NCBI GenBank assembly: GCA_043228905.1
Contig: JBHGNT010000001.1
Location: 16,306,001-16,370,000 of the forward strand
Source of the DNA: Azolla caroliniana
Lineage: Eukaryota; Plantae; Polypodiophyta
Length of the DNA: 64,000 nt
Direction: 5' to 3'
Shown here: positions 24,135 to 36,954 of the stretch, piece by piece
Layout: each line of letters begins with the position of its first letter
How positions within the stretch are numbered: the stretch's first letter is position 1
Made by a program: the position numbers and the translations under genes
The notes under the pieces: model-generated
Seen by the model: the letters and a program-made list of their open reading frames with translations, nothing else
What the model was told of the DNA's origin: nothing
The model's database searches: none

Positions 24135-27041
24135 GGCCCGTGCTTAGGAACTGGTGCATGTTTGTCAGCCATTTATCTTCTGATGCCACCGTGTCGTCCG
24201 CTGCCGTTTCCGGGGTGATCCGGAATAACTCCGCGTCCGGGAATTCATCCGCTACTCCGTCGCCTGGTTCTCCGGACTCTAACCGGCTCAGATAGTCTGC
24301 TACGGCATGCTGGATACCGAGCCGGTGGAAAATCTCGAATTCGAACTCCTGCAACAGCAAGGTCCAACGGGCCAACTTACCGGTCAGGGACGCCTTGGAA
24401 ACTAAGTAGAGGAGCGCCGAGTGATCCACATGGAAGGAGAACTTCCTTCCCAATAGGTAGTGACGAAACTTTGTTACACTGTAGATCATGCCCAGAGCCT
24501 CCCGTTCCGTCGTTGAATAGTTCTTCTCCGCTTGGGACAGCTTCCGGCTGGCGTAATATACCGGCCGGTACCATTTGGGCTCCGTAAGCTGCATTAAGGC
24601 GCTGCCAATAGCGATGTCGGACGCGTCCACGAACACGTGAAATTCCTTGCTCCAATCCGGAGGCTGCACGACGGGTGCTTGCGATAAAAGTACCTTCAGG
24701 GCATTGTATGCCTTATCCTCCGTATCCGTCCATTGGAACGGTGTCCGATGTACCGCGGTGTGTAGTGGTGTAGCCAAATCAGCCAAGTGACGGAGCATCC
24801 GGCTGTGCCACCGGATCTGTCCTAAGAATCGGCTTAGTGCTTTGGCTGTTTTCGGTGCCGGTGCCCCTAGTATGGCGTTTACTTTGTCCGGGTCGACCGC
24901 AATGCCCTCCTTACTGACAATGTGTCCCAGCAATATTCCACTTGAAACTCCAAAGATGCATTTCGCTGGATTTAAGCTTAGCCGGTATAACCTACACTTT
25001 TCAAGGCATAACCGGAGGTGCTGCAAGTGGTCTTTTCCCCGGCTATAGACTGCAAAATCATCCAGGAAAACTTGCATGAAGGCAGGAATGTATTCGCCGA
25101 AGATCTCCATGATGATTCGCTGGAACGTTGCTGGTGCCGTTTTTAGGCCGAACATCATGACTTCGGCCACAAACACCCCCCATTCGGTGACGAACGCTGT
25201 CTTCTCCTGGTCGTCCGGGTGCATCCGAATTTGATTGTACCCGCTGAACCCGTCTAGAAAGCTATAAACTTCATGACCGGCGACGGCATCCAGTACTCCG
25301 TCCGTGAACGGAAGAGGGAATGCATCCGTAATTGTGGCGGCATTTAGTTTCCTGTAATCTACGCACACACGGATTTTACCGTTCTTCTTGGGGACGACGA
25401 CGATGGGGCTTAGCCACGTCGCTTTCTTTACCGGCCGGATGAAGCCCACTCTTAGGAGTTTGTCGATTTCCTCCTTTACTTTGGCGGCGTAGTTGGGGTT
25501 CATTCGGTAACGTCGTTGCGCCACTGGTTTCGCGTCCTTGCCTAAGTGGATCTGATGCTGATATAACTGAGGGTCCAGCCCTCGCATGTCCTCGTATGAC
25601 CAGGCGAATACGTCGCGAAACTCCGTGAGAAGTTTGATCATCGCTGCTTTATCTTCCGGCTTCATTTCTTTGGCGATGTGAACCGGCTTTGATTCGTCCT
25701 TGCTTCCTAGGTTCACTTCGTCGAGCTGGGATGCTTTTACCCGTTGGGAAACGGCCATTTCCCGTTCCAATGCTTCCTGTGCTTGCCGTAATTCCCGAAT
25801 CGCATCTTTGTCTGGTTCGGCCTCGGTGTCGTCCCGCTGCGGCAAGTATGGCGCTACGGCTTCAGCTACGTCAATCTCGAAGAGTGGTACGATCTTCGGA
25901 TGTTCCTCCAAGTACTGGGCTTCTTCGTCGTCTGCCAATCCTTCAAGCATGTTCACACATTCTGCATACAGCGGTGTGCATTCCTTACCGTTGCTCGTCC
26001 GTGGTTGTGTCGGTACCCGGACCTTGGCTTTTCCGCGCCGGAAGGTGATCATATTTTTCCGCCAATTTTGCTTGATGTGTGCTGTTTTCAGCCATGGTCT
26101 GCCCAGCAACAGAGGGTACGCGCCTTGCGCCTGTAGCTGCAGCACGACAGCCGAGATGTGAAATGTGTGGCCTCCTATGGTGACTTCCAATTTCCGTATT
26201 AAGCCCGTCGGCCGTACCGAACTTGTATCCGCCATCCGTAGCCAGAACGGGCATGGCTCCCATTCATGTATTCCCAAGGCATCACACGTACGGAGGCTTA
26301 TTACGTTCACCCCGGAACCTCCATCGATTACCGTGCCGGGAAGTTCGTGCCCTTTGACAATAGCTGTAATTGCCGGACTACTAGTGTCCACCACCGTCGG
26401 TCCCTCCTCCGGGTTCGAGAAGAGGACTGGTGCCGGTGGGGCTATGCCGTCTGTCATGCCCGTTTTTAGCCCTTCCGTAAATCGCGGCACGAGTTGCAAG
26501 AGTCTTCCTAACGGCAACGTGATCTGACATTCTTGCAGTGCTTGCCATGTCTCGTTTTCTGGGTGGCTACCGCCGGCACTCCCTATGGTATTTGCCTTTT
26601 GCCGTTCCGCGTCCGCGACGTTCTTTTCATTGGCTTCCTTCACCCATTCCGTCGCCTGTTTTCGTATGGCCTCTTGTGTTTCCCACTCTTTGGCCATGCC
26701 TTTCGACCGTGTGGTTACTTGCTGTACATCCGTCACTTCCGGAACCACCATATTAACTGCTGGTCGTTTCTCGTAGCTCTTTACCGGGCACTGGTTACTG
26801 TAGTGGCCTTCCTGCCTGCAGTAGTAGCAGTACTCTTTACGGGTATTGCTGGATTCAGCATTGCTGGTAGCCGGAGTTGGTCCCGTAGCGAGTGGTGCGT
26901 TCTGTGCCGGTTGGCTCCTTGGGATTCCATGTTCCGGGTCCCTAGGGTGACCACTTTTCTTGAAGTTACGTTTCTTATTATTCTTATTCTTATTTCGGTA
27001 GTCCGGTCGTGGTGGATCGTAAAATCGGCCGTAGTCCTCCT
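24135..27041 (-). CDS. Gypsy D zinc knuckle-protease-RT-RNase H (middle part of gag-pol)
   Basis: CYYCRQEGHYSNQC, VIDGGS, CVDYRKLN, LDGFSGYNQI, FLDD, VDAS..NYSTTEREAL; no stops. Confidence 0.95.
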
Positions 27042-30000
27042 TGTCGAATACATGTGTATAATGGACGTATTCACACCATCCCGTTTTGGCCATTTATGTA
27101 ATTAGCATAAAGGGTAGTTGCCCTAAGTCGGTCACTATATATAGTGACCTTGTAACCTCTTTGTGAGGTTGGTTGTTGTATTGTTGCTTTATCAAATAAG
27201 AACTCTTTTGTGTCTCTCTCTCTCTCTCTCTGTGCAACGACCTACATTCTGTCATACACAGGGAATAAACAGGAATCGAGTGCTTCAAGATCTTCCGCAC
27301 TGACGACATTGCTTCCAACATCTGGTATCAGAGCCTGCACAGTAGTCGGTCCTTCAATCCGCTGTCGGCCGTCGTCTCTGCATTCGGTTTCCTGCGTCAT
27401 TCGAAGAAAGAGAGAAGAAGAACAAAAACGAGGTTTGCACCTCATCGCGTTAGATCCTCTTGCTTGGAGTAAGCCCACAGGTTGTACTCCGTTCCGTGTG
27501 ATCGTAACCGCTCGAGGTGAAATCCCCTTGTGCAACTTTGACACGATCGTGCTCCATTCGGTTAAACGGCATTCGAGGAGGTCATCAAACGCCGCTCGTT
27601 GTAACCACCCGGTGCAGATCGGTCTCAAGACAACAACCCCAAATTCGTGCTTCATCCGGCTGATCGACATTCGAGAGGATCAGTTGGATCTGTCTCTCCC
27701 GTCGCTGCAGTCAACCGAAGCAGAATCCGTCCAGATAATCGGTTTCAATAATCGGTATTCGGCACATATATCCGAAGCGAACCGGGCTCACTCCGACTCG
27801 GCAACACTCGGGAAGACCAGTCGGTTCTGTCCCTCAAGTTACCGGAGTCAATTCGAGCAAGTTCCGAAGCCGAACCGACTCGGGTTCAAATCCGACTAGA
27901 ACGATATCGGGTGAGCCAACCGGCTGCACTCCAACAAGGTTCACAGTCAACTCTGAACCGAGCTTCGTCAACCGAAACCGAATTTGATGGCATCAACATC
28001 AGGCTCGTCAGAAATGAGTCTATGAAAGTTCGATGGATCGAACTTCAACTTCTGGAAGGAACAAATGCAGGACTATCTCATAGTCAAGGGGCAAATCGAC
28101 CCCATCGAAAATGAAGAACCTCCAGAAGGATACAAACCAATTGAGTGGCAGAAGCTGGACAGAATTGTCCGCGCCACGATTCGGATGCACCTATCGGAAT
28201 CGGTATACTTTACGGTGCAATCGTGTACGACAGCATTCGAACTGTGGAAAACACTGTCGGACACTTACGAAAAGAAGGTCGCCGCAACGAAGATGTTTCT
28301 GATCCGGCGCCTCTACAACTTGCGGATGAAAGAATCCGATTCGGTTCAGGCACACCTCAATGAGTACGAAAGCATCAGTTCCCAAATCTCATCTCAGGGG
28401 ACGGCAATCGAGGATGAACTCAGAGCAATGATACTCATGAGCAGCCTTCCCTCATCATGGGAAACTTTCGTCACAACTGTGTGCAACGCGTCAACCACGG
28501 CTGTTAAATACTCTGAAGTCACGAGCGCAATCCTGACCGAAGCAGCTCGGAGAAAGTCTTTCGCCAAAGACTCAACAGAAGACGCTTACGTAGTACAAGG
28601 TTCGACAGACCGATCGAACACACGAGGAAGAGATTCCTCACGACCGCCGAACAATCAGCGAAGACGGAGCCAGTCACGGGATAACCGAATCTGCAACTAC
28701 TGCAAGAAACCCGGACACATCAAAGCCGACTGCCGCGCACTCAAGAACAAGAACAACAAGAAGAGTGGCCGGCATGAGGAGATCAACTACGTCAGCTTCT
28801 CAGCTGATGTGCTACCAGACGACCCGAACATACTATCAATCGAAAATCCAGTTGGCTCAGAAGTTCTGCTCACGACTGAAGAATCGAGCACATGGCTCTT
28901 GGATTCGGGCGCGTCATTTCACGTGACTCCTCATCGATCCCAATTTCGGCAATATACGATCCGTCACTCCGACTCAGTTCGGGTCGGCAACTCACAACAC
29001 TGTGACATCATAGGAATCGGCACAGTAGAGCTCAACCTTGCAGGTGGCTCTACACTTGTACTCCACAATGTCCGACATGTACCCGAGCTCTCAAGGCCAT
29101 TGATCTCAGTCGGACAACTAGATGAAGACGGCATTCGTGCCGGTTTCTCTTCGGGAGGGTGGACACTCCACAGGGGGAACCTCCTGCTTGCTAGAGGACC
29201 CAAGATACACTCACTGTATCCGTTACATGTCACGCTCAGAGAGGGTAACCTGTTTTTGGTGGATATTCCTGTGTCATCACTATGGCACCGACGATTGGGA
29301 CACCTCAGCAAGGCCGGCATCACGCATCTATCTAGAGCCGGATACATCCCCAAACTCTCCTTCTCTGACCATCAATTCTGCGAGCATTGCCAGTATGGCA
29401 AACAAGCCGCCGCATCACACCCGACATCAGCACCAAGAGAAACGAGACCTCTCGATTTGGTCCACTCGGACGTCTGCGGCCCAATGCCGCATCAGTCTCT
29501 AGGCGGTGCATCTTACTTCGTCACTTTCATTGACGACTCGACTCGAAAGGTGTGGGCGTATCCAATTCGCACCAAAGATCGTGTCTTCTCAATCTTTTCA
29601 GATTGGCTCGCTATGGTGGAAAATCAAACCGACCGAAAGCTGAAATGCTTTCGGACGGACAATGGGGGAGAGTTCAAATCCGAAGAATTCGTCAAATTCT
29701 GCCGACAACGCGGCATTCGACGTGAACTTACGGCACCACACAGTCCGGAGCAAAACGGGATTGCAGAGCGAATGAATCGGACAATCCAAGAACGGATAGT
29801 TTCCATGCTCCAACACTCCGGACTGTCGGATGGCTTCTGGGCAGAGGCTCTACTCACGGCAGTACACATAATCAATATGTCGCCAAGTAGACCTCTAGGA
29901 CTTCAAATTCCTCAGGAACTATGGATCGGCAGAAAGCCGAATTACGACAAGCTGAGGATCTTCGGATGCGAGGCGTATGCCCTTATTCCGAAAGATGATC

Positions 30001-32472
30001 GCCGCAAACTTGCACCTCGGTCCAGGAAATGCATTTTCCTTGGATATGGATCCGACGGCGAAATGGGATACCGACTCTGGGACCCCGAACGCAGACAAAT
30101 CGTTCGAAGTTCGGACGTTGTGTTCAACGAGTCGGCTATGAATCCATCTGTCGAAAAACCGATCGAAGTCCGAAGGGTAACATTCTCCGATGTGCCGACC
30201 CTTCAAGAAGGCCCCGCCCTCAACACACGGTCAGCTTCACGGGTAGCTGAACCTTACACTACCGACTCAGACAACTCTGACTCGGCACAGCCGAATGATT
30301 CGGTTTCGGACCATCCGACCTCGATACCCGATGCGACCAGTCCAATCCTACTTCGACGATCCGAGAGACTGTCGCAACCTCCGGAGAGATATTCTCCTGG
30401 AATTTTCTTCACCGACGCCGGCGAACCGACGTCTTACGAAGAAGCATCGACATCTGTCGATTCCGCCACCTGGCATCTGGCGATGGAGTCGGAAATGCAC
30501 TCCATTCGGGCAAACAAGACCTGGGATCTGGTCGAATTACCTAGGAACCGACGTGCTCTTCCTTGCAAGTGGGTTTATCGACTAAAAGAGACGTCTGATT
30601 CGACCACCCCAAAGTACAAGGCCAGATTAGTTGCGAAGGGCTTCCGACAAGAATATGGCGTCGACTTCGACGAGATTTTTTCACCAGTGGTGAAAATGAC
30701 AACCCTCCGTTTTCTACTCGGCGTAGTGGCCGCCGACAACTTGGAGCTGATTCAGCTAGATGTCAAAACCGCCTTCCTCCATGGTGATCTCGAGGAGGAA
30801 ATTTATATGGAGCAGCCAAAAGGCTTCGTGGCCACCGGCCAAGAACATCTAGTCTGCCGACTCAGGAAGAGTCTATACGGCCTCAAACAGGCACCACGAC
30901 AATGGTACAAGAAGTTCGACGACTTCATCCAATCGATCGGCTTCTCCAAAAGCGATGAGGACCATTGTCTCTTCACCAACACAGCTCAAGATGGATCACC
31001 CATCTTCCTCATCATCTACGTGGACGACATGCTAATTTCTGGACGCCACGCGGGCGAACTTGCCGATCTCGTTCGGCAACTGCGGTTGAAGTTTGCCATG
31101 AAGGACCTCGGTCCGGCACGACACATCCTTGGCATGAAGATTAGTCGGCATCGCGATAAACGACATCTTTTTTTGTCTCAGACCGACTATATCGGACGTG
31201 TCTTAGAACGCTTCAACATGCAATCAGCCAAATCTGCTTCAACCCCGCTCCCCATGAATCTTCGGCTCTCTCAGCGAGACTGCCCGACATCCGGTCCGGA
31301 GGGGGAAGATATGAAGTCGGTACCGTATGCACCGGCAGTCGGCTCTCTCATGTACCTGATGGTCGCGACACGGCCTGATATTTCTCACGCCGTAGGAGTC
31401 GTTAGCAGATTTATGCACAATCCTGGCCGATCGCATTGGAACGCAGTCAAGCATGTGTTCAGATATCTGGCTGGCACAAAAGATCATGGCATTCTTTTCG
31501 GTCCGAACCGAACCTCAGGCGTAGTCGGTTACACCGACTCGGATTTCGCCGGCTGTGTAGACAGTCGGAAATCAACAACCGGATACTGCTTCAAATTCGG
31601 CAATGGAGCAATCTCGTGGAAGTCGAAACTTCAGGAGTGCACAGCGACCTCAACGACCGAAGCAGAATATGTAGCTGCGTCCGACGCAGCAAAAGAAGCT
31701 TTGTGGCTCGGTCGGCTGGCGCACATGTTTCGACAAGTCGAACATGACTCGGCTCCAGTTGTCTACAGCGACAGTCAAGGTGCTGTTGCCTTGTCGAAAA
31801 ATCCGGTTCACCACAACGCCTCCAAACATATCGACGTTCGATATCACTTCGTTCGGGACTGCGTCATTTCAGGGAAAATCGGTCTAGAGAAAATATCCAC
31901 AACCGATAATGTCGCAGATGGAATGACCAAATGTCTCTCGGCAGACCGTTTTCGGTCTCTTCGGCATCAGATGGGCGTAACGACAAACCAGTCCGGTTAG
32001 AGCCGGACACAGAGCAGGATGGTTCCCGACAACCGACATCAGCTCCTTAATGATCGGCTTCAACTGTTCCGACCCGACCAGTTCGGTCTTCTGTCTTCGG
32101 ATCCTGCCGACTCGAACAAAGCTGATATGTCCGAGAACCTAAGTCTATACCTGTAATCTTAGATAACCCATGTATACGCCCATTACGGGGGAGTGTCGAA
32201 TACATGTGTATAATGGACGTATTCACACCATCCCGTTTTGGCCATTTATGTAATTAGCATAAAGGGTAGTTGCCCTAAGTCGGTCACTATATATAGTGAC
32301 CTTGTAACCTCTTTGTGAGGTTGGTTGTTGTATTGTTGCTTTATCAAATAAGAACTCTTTTGTGTCTCTCTCTCTCTCTCTCTGTGCAACGACCTACATT
32401 CTGTCATACACAGGGAATAAACAGGAATCGAGTGCTTCAAGATCTTCCGCACTGACGACATTGCTTCCAACA
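27042..32472 (+). mobile_element. Ty1/Copia element E2, sister of E1
   Basis: 279-bp LTRs 27042-27320 and 32194-32472, identical by eye; PBS 27323-27334; PPT; perfect TSD CTCCT. Confidence 0.98.
27987..32000 (+). CDS. Copia gag-pol of E2; nonsense codon at codon 13, open from Met 28065 (1311 aa)
   Basis: Colinear with the E1 ORF; CGA>TGA at 28023-28025. Confidence 0.93.
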
Positions 32473-34002
32473 CTCCTGGTGCCTTCGGTAATCAGGGGAA
32501 TGGTCTCTGTCGTATTGCTCGTGTCGCCTGTTTGGCTCTCGATAACGGTCCGCTCGCTCATACCGGTCGTAGTTATCACGCCGATTCCCGTACCGGCCAT
32601 CATTCTCTTGCCTGTCTCCGTACAGGACATCTTGTGCCGGTGGGTACCGGTTCCCTCTTTGCCAACGATCGTCATCTTCGTCTCGGCTGCTCCTTGGCTC
32701 GATTCGTCGGACGGGTGGTGCTTGTCGATTTAACAGGTTGTACTCGCACCGGTCCGTTGTATGACTCTTGGATTGACAAATCACACACTGAGTGCGCATG
32801 GTGCACTCTACTGCCGAGTGTCCGGCATTCAAGCAGATTGTGCATTGAATTGCCTGCCGGAACCGGAGATCTTCCTCGGTGGGTAACGCCCGTTGTAGTG
32901 TTCCCAGCGTAAGCCATGAGCTTGTCTTTTCCATTTCTCTGACCCGGTCAATGACCTGGTCGATGGTGCATCCTCGAAAGTCGATTACCGTACACACCGT
33001 GCGTAACGGTTCCCGGAGTGCGTTTAAAAATATCGTCCGTAATTCCTCCTCCGGGGGTGCACGGGCAAGCTGGCTATGCATTCGTTGGAAACGGATGACG
33101 AATTGGGGAATGCTTTCCCCTGCCTCCTGTCGGATCGTATAAAACAGGCCCACCATAGTCGTCTGGTCGACTTCCTTGTGGAAAAAATGCAAGAATTTTG
33201 CTTTTAATTCCGCAAATGTTGTGATGGTCGCCGGGTCCTGCGACCGCCGCCATCGTGTCGCCGGTCCCTCCAATGTGACTCCGAATTCCGCTATCTTCGA
33301 GCGTTCTTCTTCCTCCGGTGTCATTCGCTGGGACGTGTGATTTGCTTCCCATGTCTGCTCGAAGTCATCCACATGTGCTTCCGCATCCGGATCATCGCGG
33401 TACTTTGAGTATTGGAACGGCATGTCGTCGTCCAGTATTAAGCCGCGGTTTAGTGGCGTTTGTTGATCTTTTTCCGGTTCTTTCTCCGGTTCCACTTCCG
33501 GTTCTTTTGCCGGTCCTTTTTCCGGCTCTTCTTCCGGTACCTTTGCCGGGAAGTTCGTTGGTGTTGGTGGCTTTGCGTCTTCCACTTCCGGTTCCGGATA
33601 GCCCTGGTTGAGCGGTTCCGGTTCTGGAGTCGGCACGGTATCCGACCCGTCGTCTTCCGGGCCGCCGGGGGTATCGTTGCTGCTCCGGTAGTTCGTGTGC
33701 ACGCTGTATCCCCCTTCGGAATCCGATTCGTAGGCTGAAAAGGCTTCTGCCTCGTTTTCTCCGCTTGCCAGCGCCTTCAGGAGTCGTTCGGTTTCCCGGA
33801 GACTACTTAGACTGCTTCCGTCGTCCTGGTCGCGAGTTTGCCGTAACCGGAGAGATTCCTCCGCGACTCTCCGGATCTCGTTGGAGAACGAACGATCCGA
33901 GCGAATTTCCTGCGCTGCTTGCTGGAAAGTCTCACGCCGTCTTTGCCGTTCGGCGATGCGTCGAGCTCGGTCTGTAACCAAGTCGTGCGTTGGTCTAGTC
34001 AT
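32473..34002 (-). CDS. Gypsy D gag (5' part of gag-pol)
   Basis: Retrotrans_gag-like LEGPATRW..TFAELKAKFL..IRQEAGESIPQFVIRF; two knuckles CTICLNAGHSAVEC and CVICQSKSHTTDRC. Confidence 0.92.
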
Positions 34003-36954
34003 CCATTACCGTCGTTCGCTGCGAGAAAGCAGGAATCGTGGTCGCCAAAACTGTGTTATTCGCTTAGCCGGACAAGGCCTAACACAAGGTGTCACGGAGA
34101 CACTTCACCAAAGGGTGATTACGGCATAGGATTAAGATTCAACGATTACACCGACTTACGTAGGTTACACGATTAGATTGCTTGGTTAATTACACGCGTA
34201 AGATATAACAGTGATTACAGAACGGAAATCAAGACAGAAGTACAAACATCATAAGCTCTATTAATTATCCGCTGCTATTACAATGGGGTCCGGGCCTTTA
34301 AATAGGTTTCCGGCCCGTAGTACAAAACGGTGCCTCTCGCACCTATTCGGGATCCGTCCGGATCTGGAACGGCATACCGTTTCCAGTCCGTCCGTCCACA
34401 CTATCCTCATTTACAACCATATATAATTAATTCCTTCACTCCGTATTTTGGACTCCTTGCCGGCCGGTAACAGAAGCGCTTGAGGTCTTCACTCGATGGA
34501 TATTTGAAGTGGAGAACTGGTCGGGATATAGAGTGAAGACACTCCAATCTGACAACGGAGGTGAATACACCTCTAGAGCCTTCAAACAGTACCTGTCCGG
34601 AAAAGGGATCCGACACCAAAAGACCGTTCCCTACACACCCATGCAAAATGGAGTGGCAGAACGGATCAACAGGATGATCTAGGCGAGGGTGACGGCAATG
34701 CTCCAGCAAGCCGGACTGAAGTTGGAATTCTGGGCCGAGGCATTGCAGACGATAGTGTACGTAATAAATTTGTCGCCGTCAAGAGCAATCAGGCTCGAAG
34801 TGCCACAGGCACTATGGTCAGGCAAACAACCGACCTACAATAGGCTCTATATATTTGAATGTGAAGCCTATGCCTTCATCCCCAAGGACAAAAGGACGAA
34901 GTTGGCACCCCATGCAACAAAGTGCATATTCTCGGTTATGGAACCGATGGGGACTTCGGCTACCGGCTATGGGACCTTGAGAATTGGAAATTGATCCGGA
35001 GCAGTGACGTAGTCTTCAATGAAGACTCTTATCTTCTCTTAGCGGAACCAACAGAAAACAGTTGGTAAGAAGGTATTCTTCAAAAATGACAACACTATCT
35101 TAGAAGGACTGACCCAACGGGTCGAATCGAAGACTCGACAAATAGTTGAACTCCAATAAGCTGCCAATTTCCCTACCAACACCGAATTGGCAACAAGTCC
35201 TATCGTCGAACTCAAAGACAAAGCCTTCAAAGACACATCCGAATAAAAAAGGATCGATAAAGGCAAAGTCAACAAGAGACAAGTCAGAAAAGAGTCGCCA
35301 ACAACTACAGGGGAGTACAACCAGACACCGCTGAAATCCCAAACCGGGGTGGGATACCTAACAAGACTCCTGACACAATTGGTTCAACAAATACCTATCG
35401 TCAATCGGAACCAATCGAAGGATCCAAACCAGATATTACGGCACCTAGGAGATCTGGATGAGCTCGAAGGAAAATAGAGTTTTATCAACCGGGCCTCAAC
35501 TATGTCAACTACACGGATGCAGGCGAACCAAGCACATATGAAGAAGCTATGGCCGCACTGGACGCCGAAACATGGCTACAAGCCATGAAATCCGAAATGG
35601 ACTTGATTCATCAGAATCAGACATGGGAGAGGAAGCCGCTACCTTGCAAATGGGTTTTCCGATACAAGTATGTATCCGACTCAGAGAAACCCAAGTACAA
35701 AGCTCGACTTGTCACAAAAGATTCAAATAGGAATACGGGGTCGACTACGACGAGATATTGTCACAAGTAGTCAAGATGAGCACCCTCCGACTCCTACTAG
35801 GAGTCGTGGCGACAAAAGATCTAGAGCTCGAGCAGATGGACGTAAAGACGACATTCCTACACGGAGTTCTAGAAGAAGACATATAGATGTCTCAACCGGC
35901 AGGCTTCACAATGACGGGGGAGGACAGTCACCTCGTATGTCGACTAAAGAAAAGTCTATATGGCCTAAAACAAGCGCCGAGAATGTGGTACCAGAAGTTT
36001 GACTCCTACATACGGCATCTTGGATACAACAGAACAGACTCCGATCCATGCATGCATGTTCGGCAACTGGCCGACGAGTCAAGGATCTATCTGATCCTAT
36101 ACGTCGACGACATGTTGATTGCATGGAGCAATCAAGTAGAGATCGGTACGCCGAAGCGGAGCCTTCACGCAAAGTTCGTGATGAAGGAACTCGGACAAGC
36201 CCGACACAAATATTGGCATTTGGATAGAGCGAAATCGGACGACCAAAACTCTCTGACTCTCCCAGTCCGAATACATCCGGTAGGTGCTGAAGCGCTTCAA
36301 CATGGAGAATGCGAAGCCAACACCGACACCGCTTCCGATGTCGATTAGACTACCGGACAGAGACTCTCTTGCAACGGACAAGGAGAGAGAGCTTAATGGA
36401 AAGATATCCTACGCATCGGTAGTAAGAAGTATCATGTACACAATGGTGGCGACCCGACCCGACCTAGCCTATGTCGTTGGGGTGGTTAGCCGGTACATGT
36501 CAAACCAAAGAAAGAAGCATTGGGATGCTGTCAAGCATATCCTTAGGTATCTAAAAGGAACCACGGATGCACAGTTGACTTTCAGATTGACAACCTCAAC
36601 CGAAGTTGAAGGCTAGACCGATTCTGACTATGCCGGGAACACGGAGAATTGGAAATCGACATCAGGCTACATCTTCACCTATGGTGGCGGTGCGATATCA
36701 TGGAGGTCGAAACTTCAAAAGTGCATGGCTCTGTCTACCACAAAAGCTGAGTACATTGCAACATTGGAAGCAGCGAAGGAAGCGATCTAGCTGCACTGAT
36801 TGACTGCCAACTTCGGAACTGCAAACCGAAAGAACTGACCAATGCCAACCATCTATTGTGATTCACAGAGCGCAATACACCTTATCAAAAATCCAGTCTA
36901 TCATGCGAAGACGAAGCACATTGAGGTGTGGTATCATCATATCTGAGAGCTCGT

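Larger units (their letters stand above)
13689..34472 (-). mobile_element. Ty3/Gypsy element D (non-chromovirus, Athila/Tat-like), young, inserted in integrase of C
   Basis: Perfect TSD GAAGC (13684-88, 34473-77); 5' LTR 34052-34472; 3' LTR partly visible at 13871-14189, identical by eye; PBS TGGCGACCAC 34047-34038; order gag-PR-RT-RH-INT plus an extra ORF. Confidence 0.95.
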
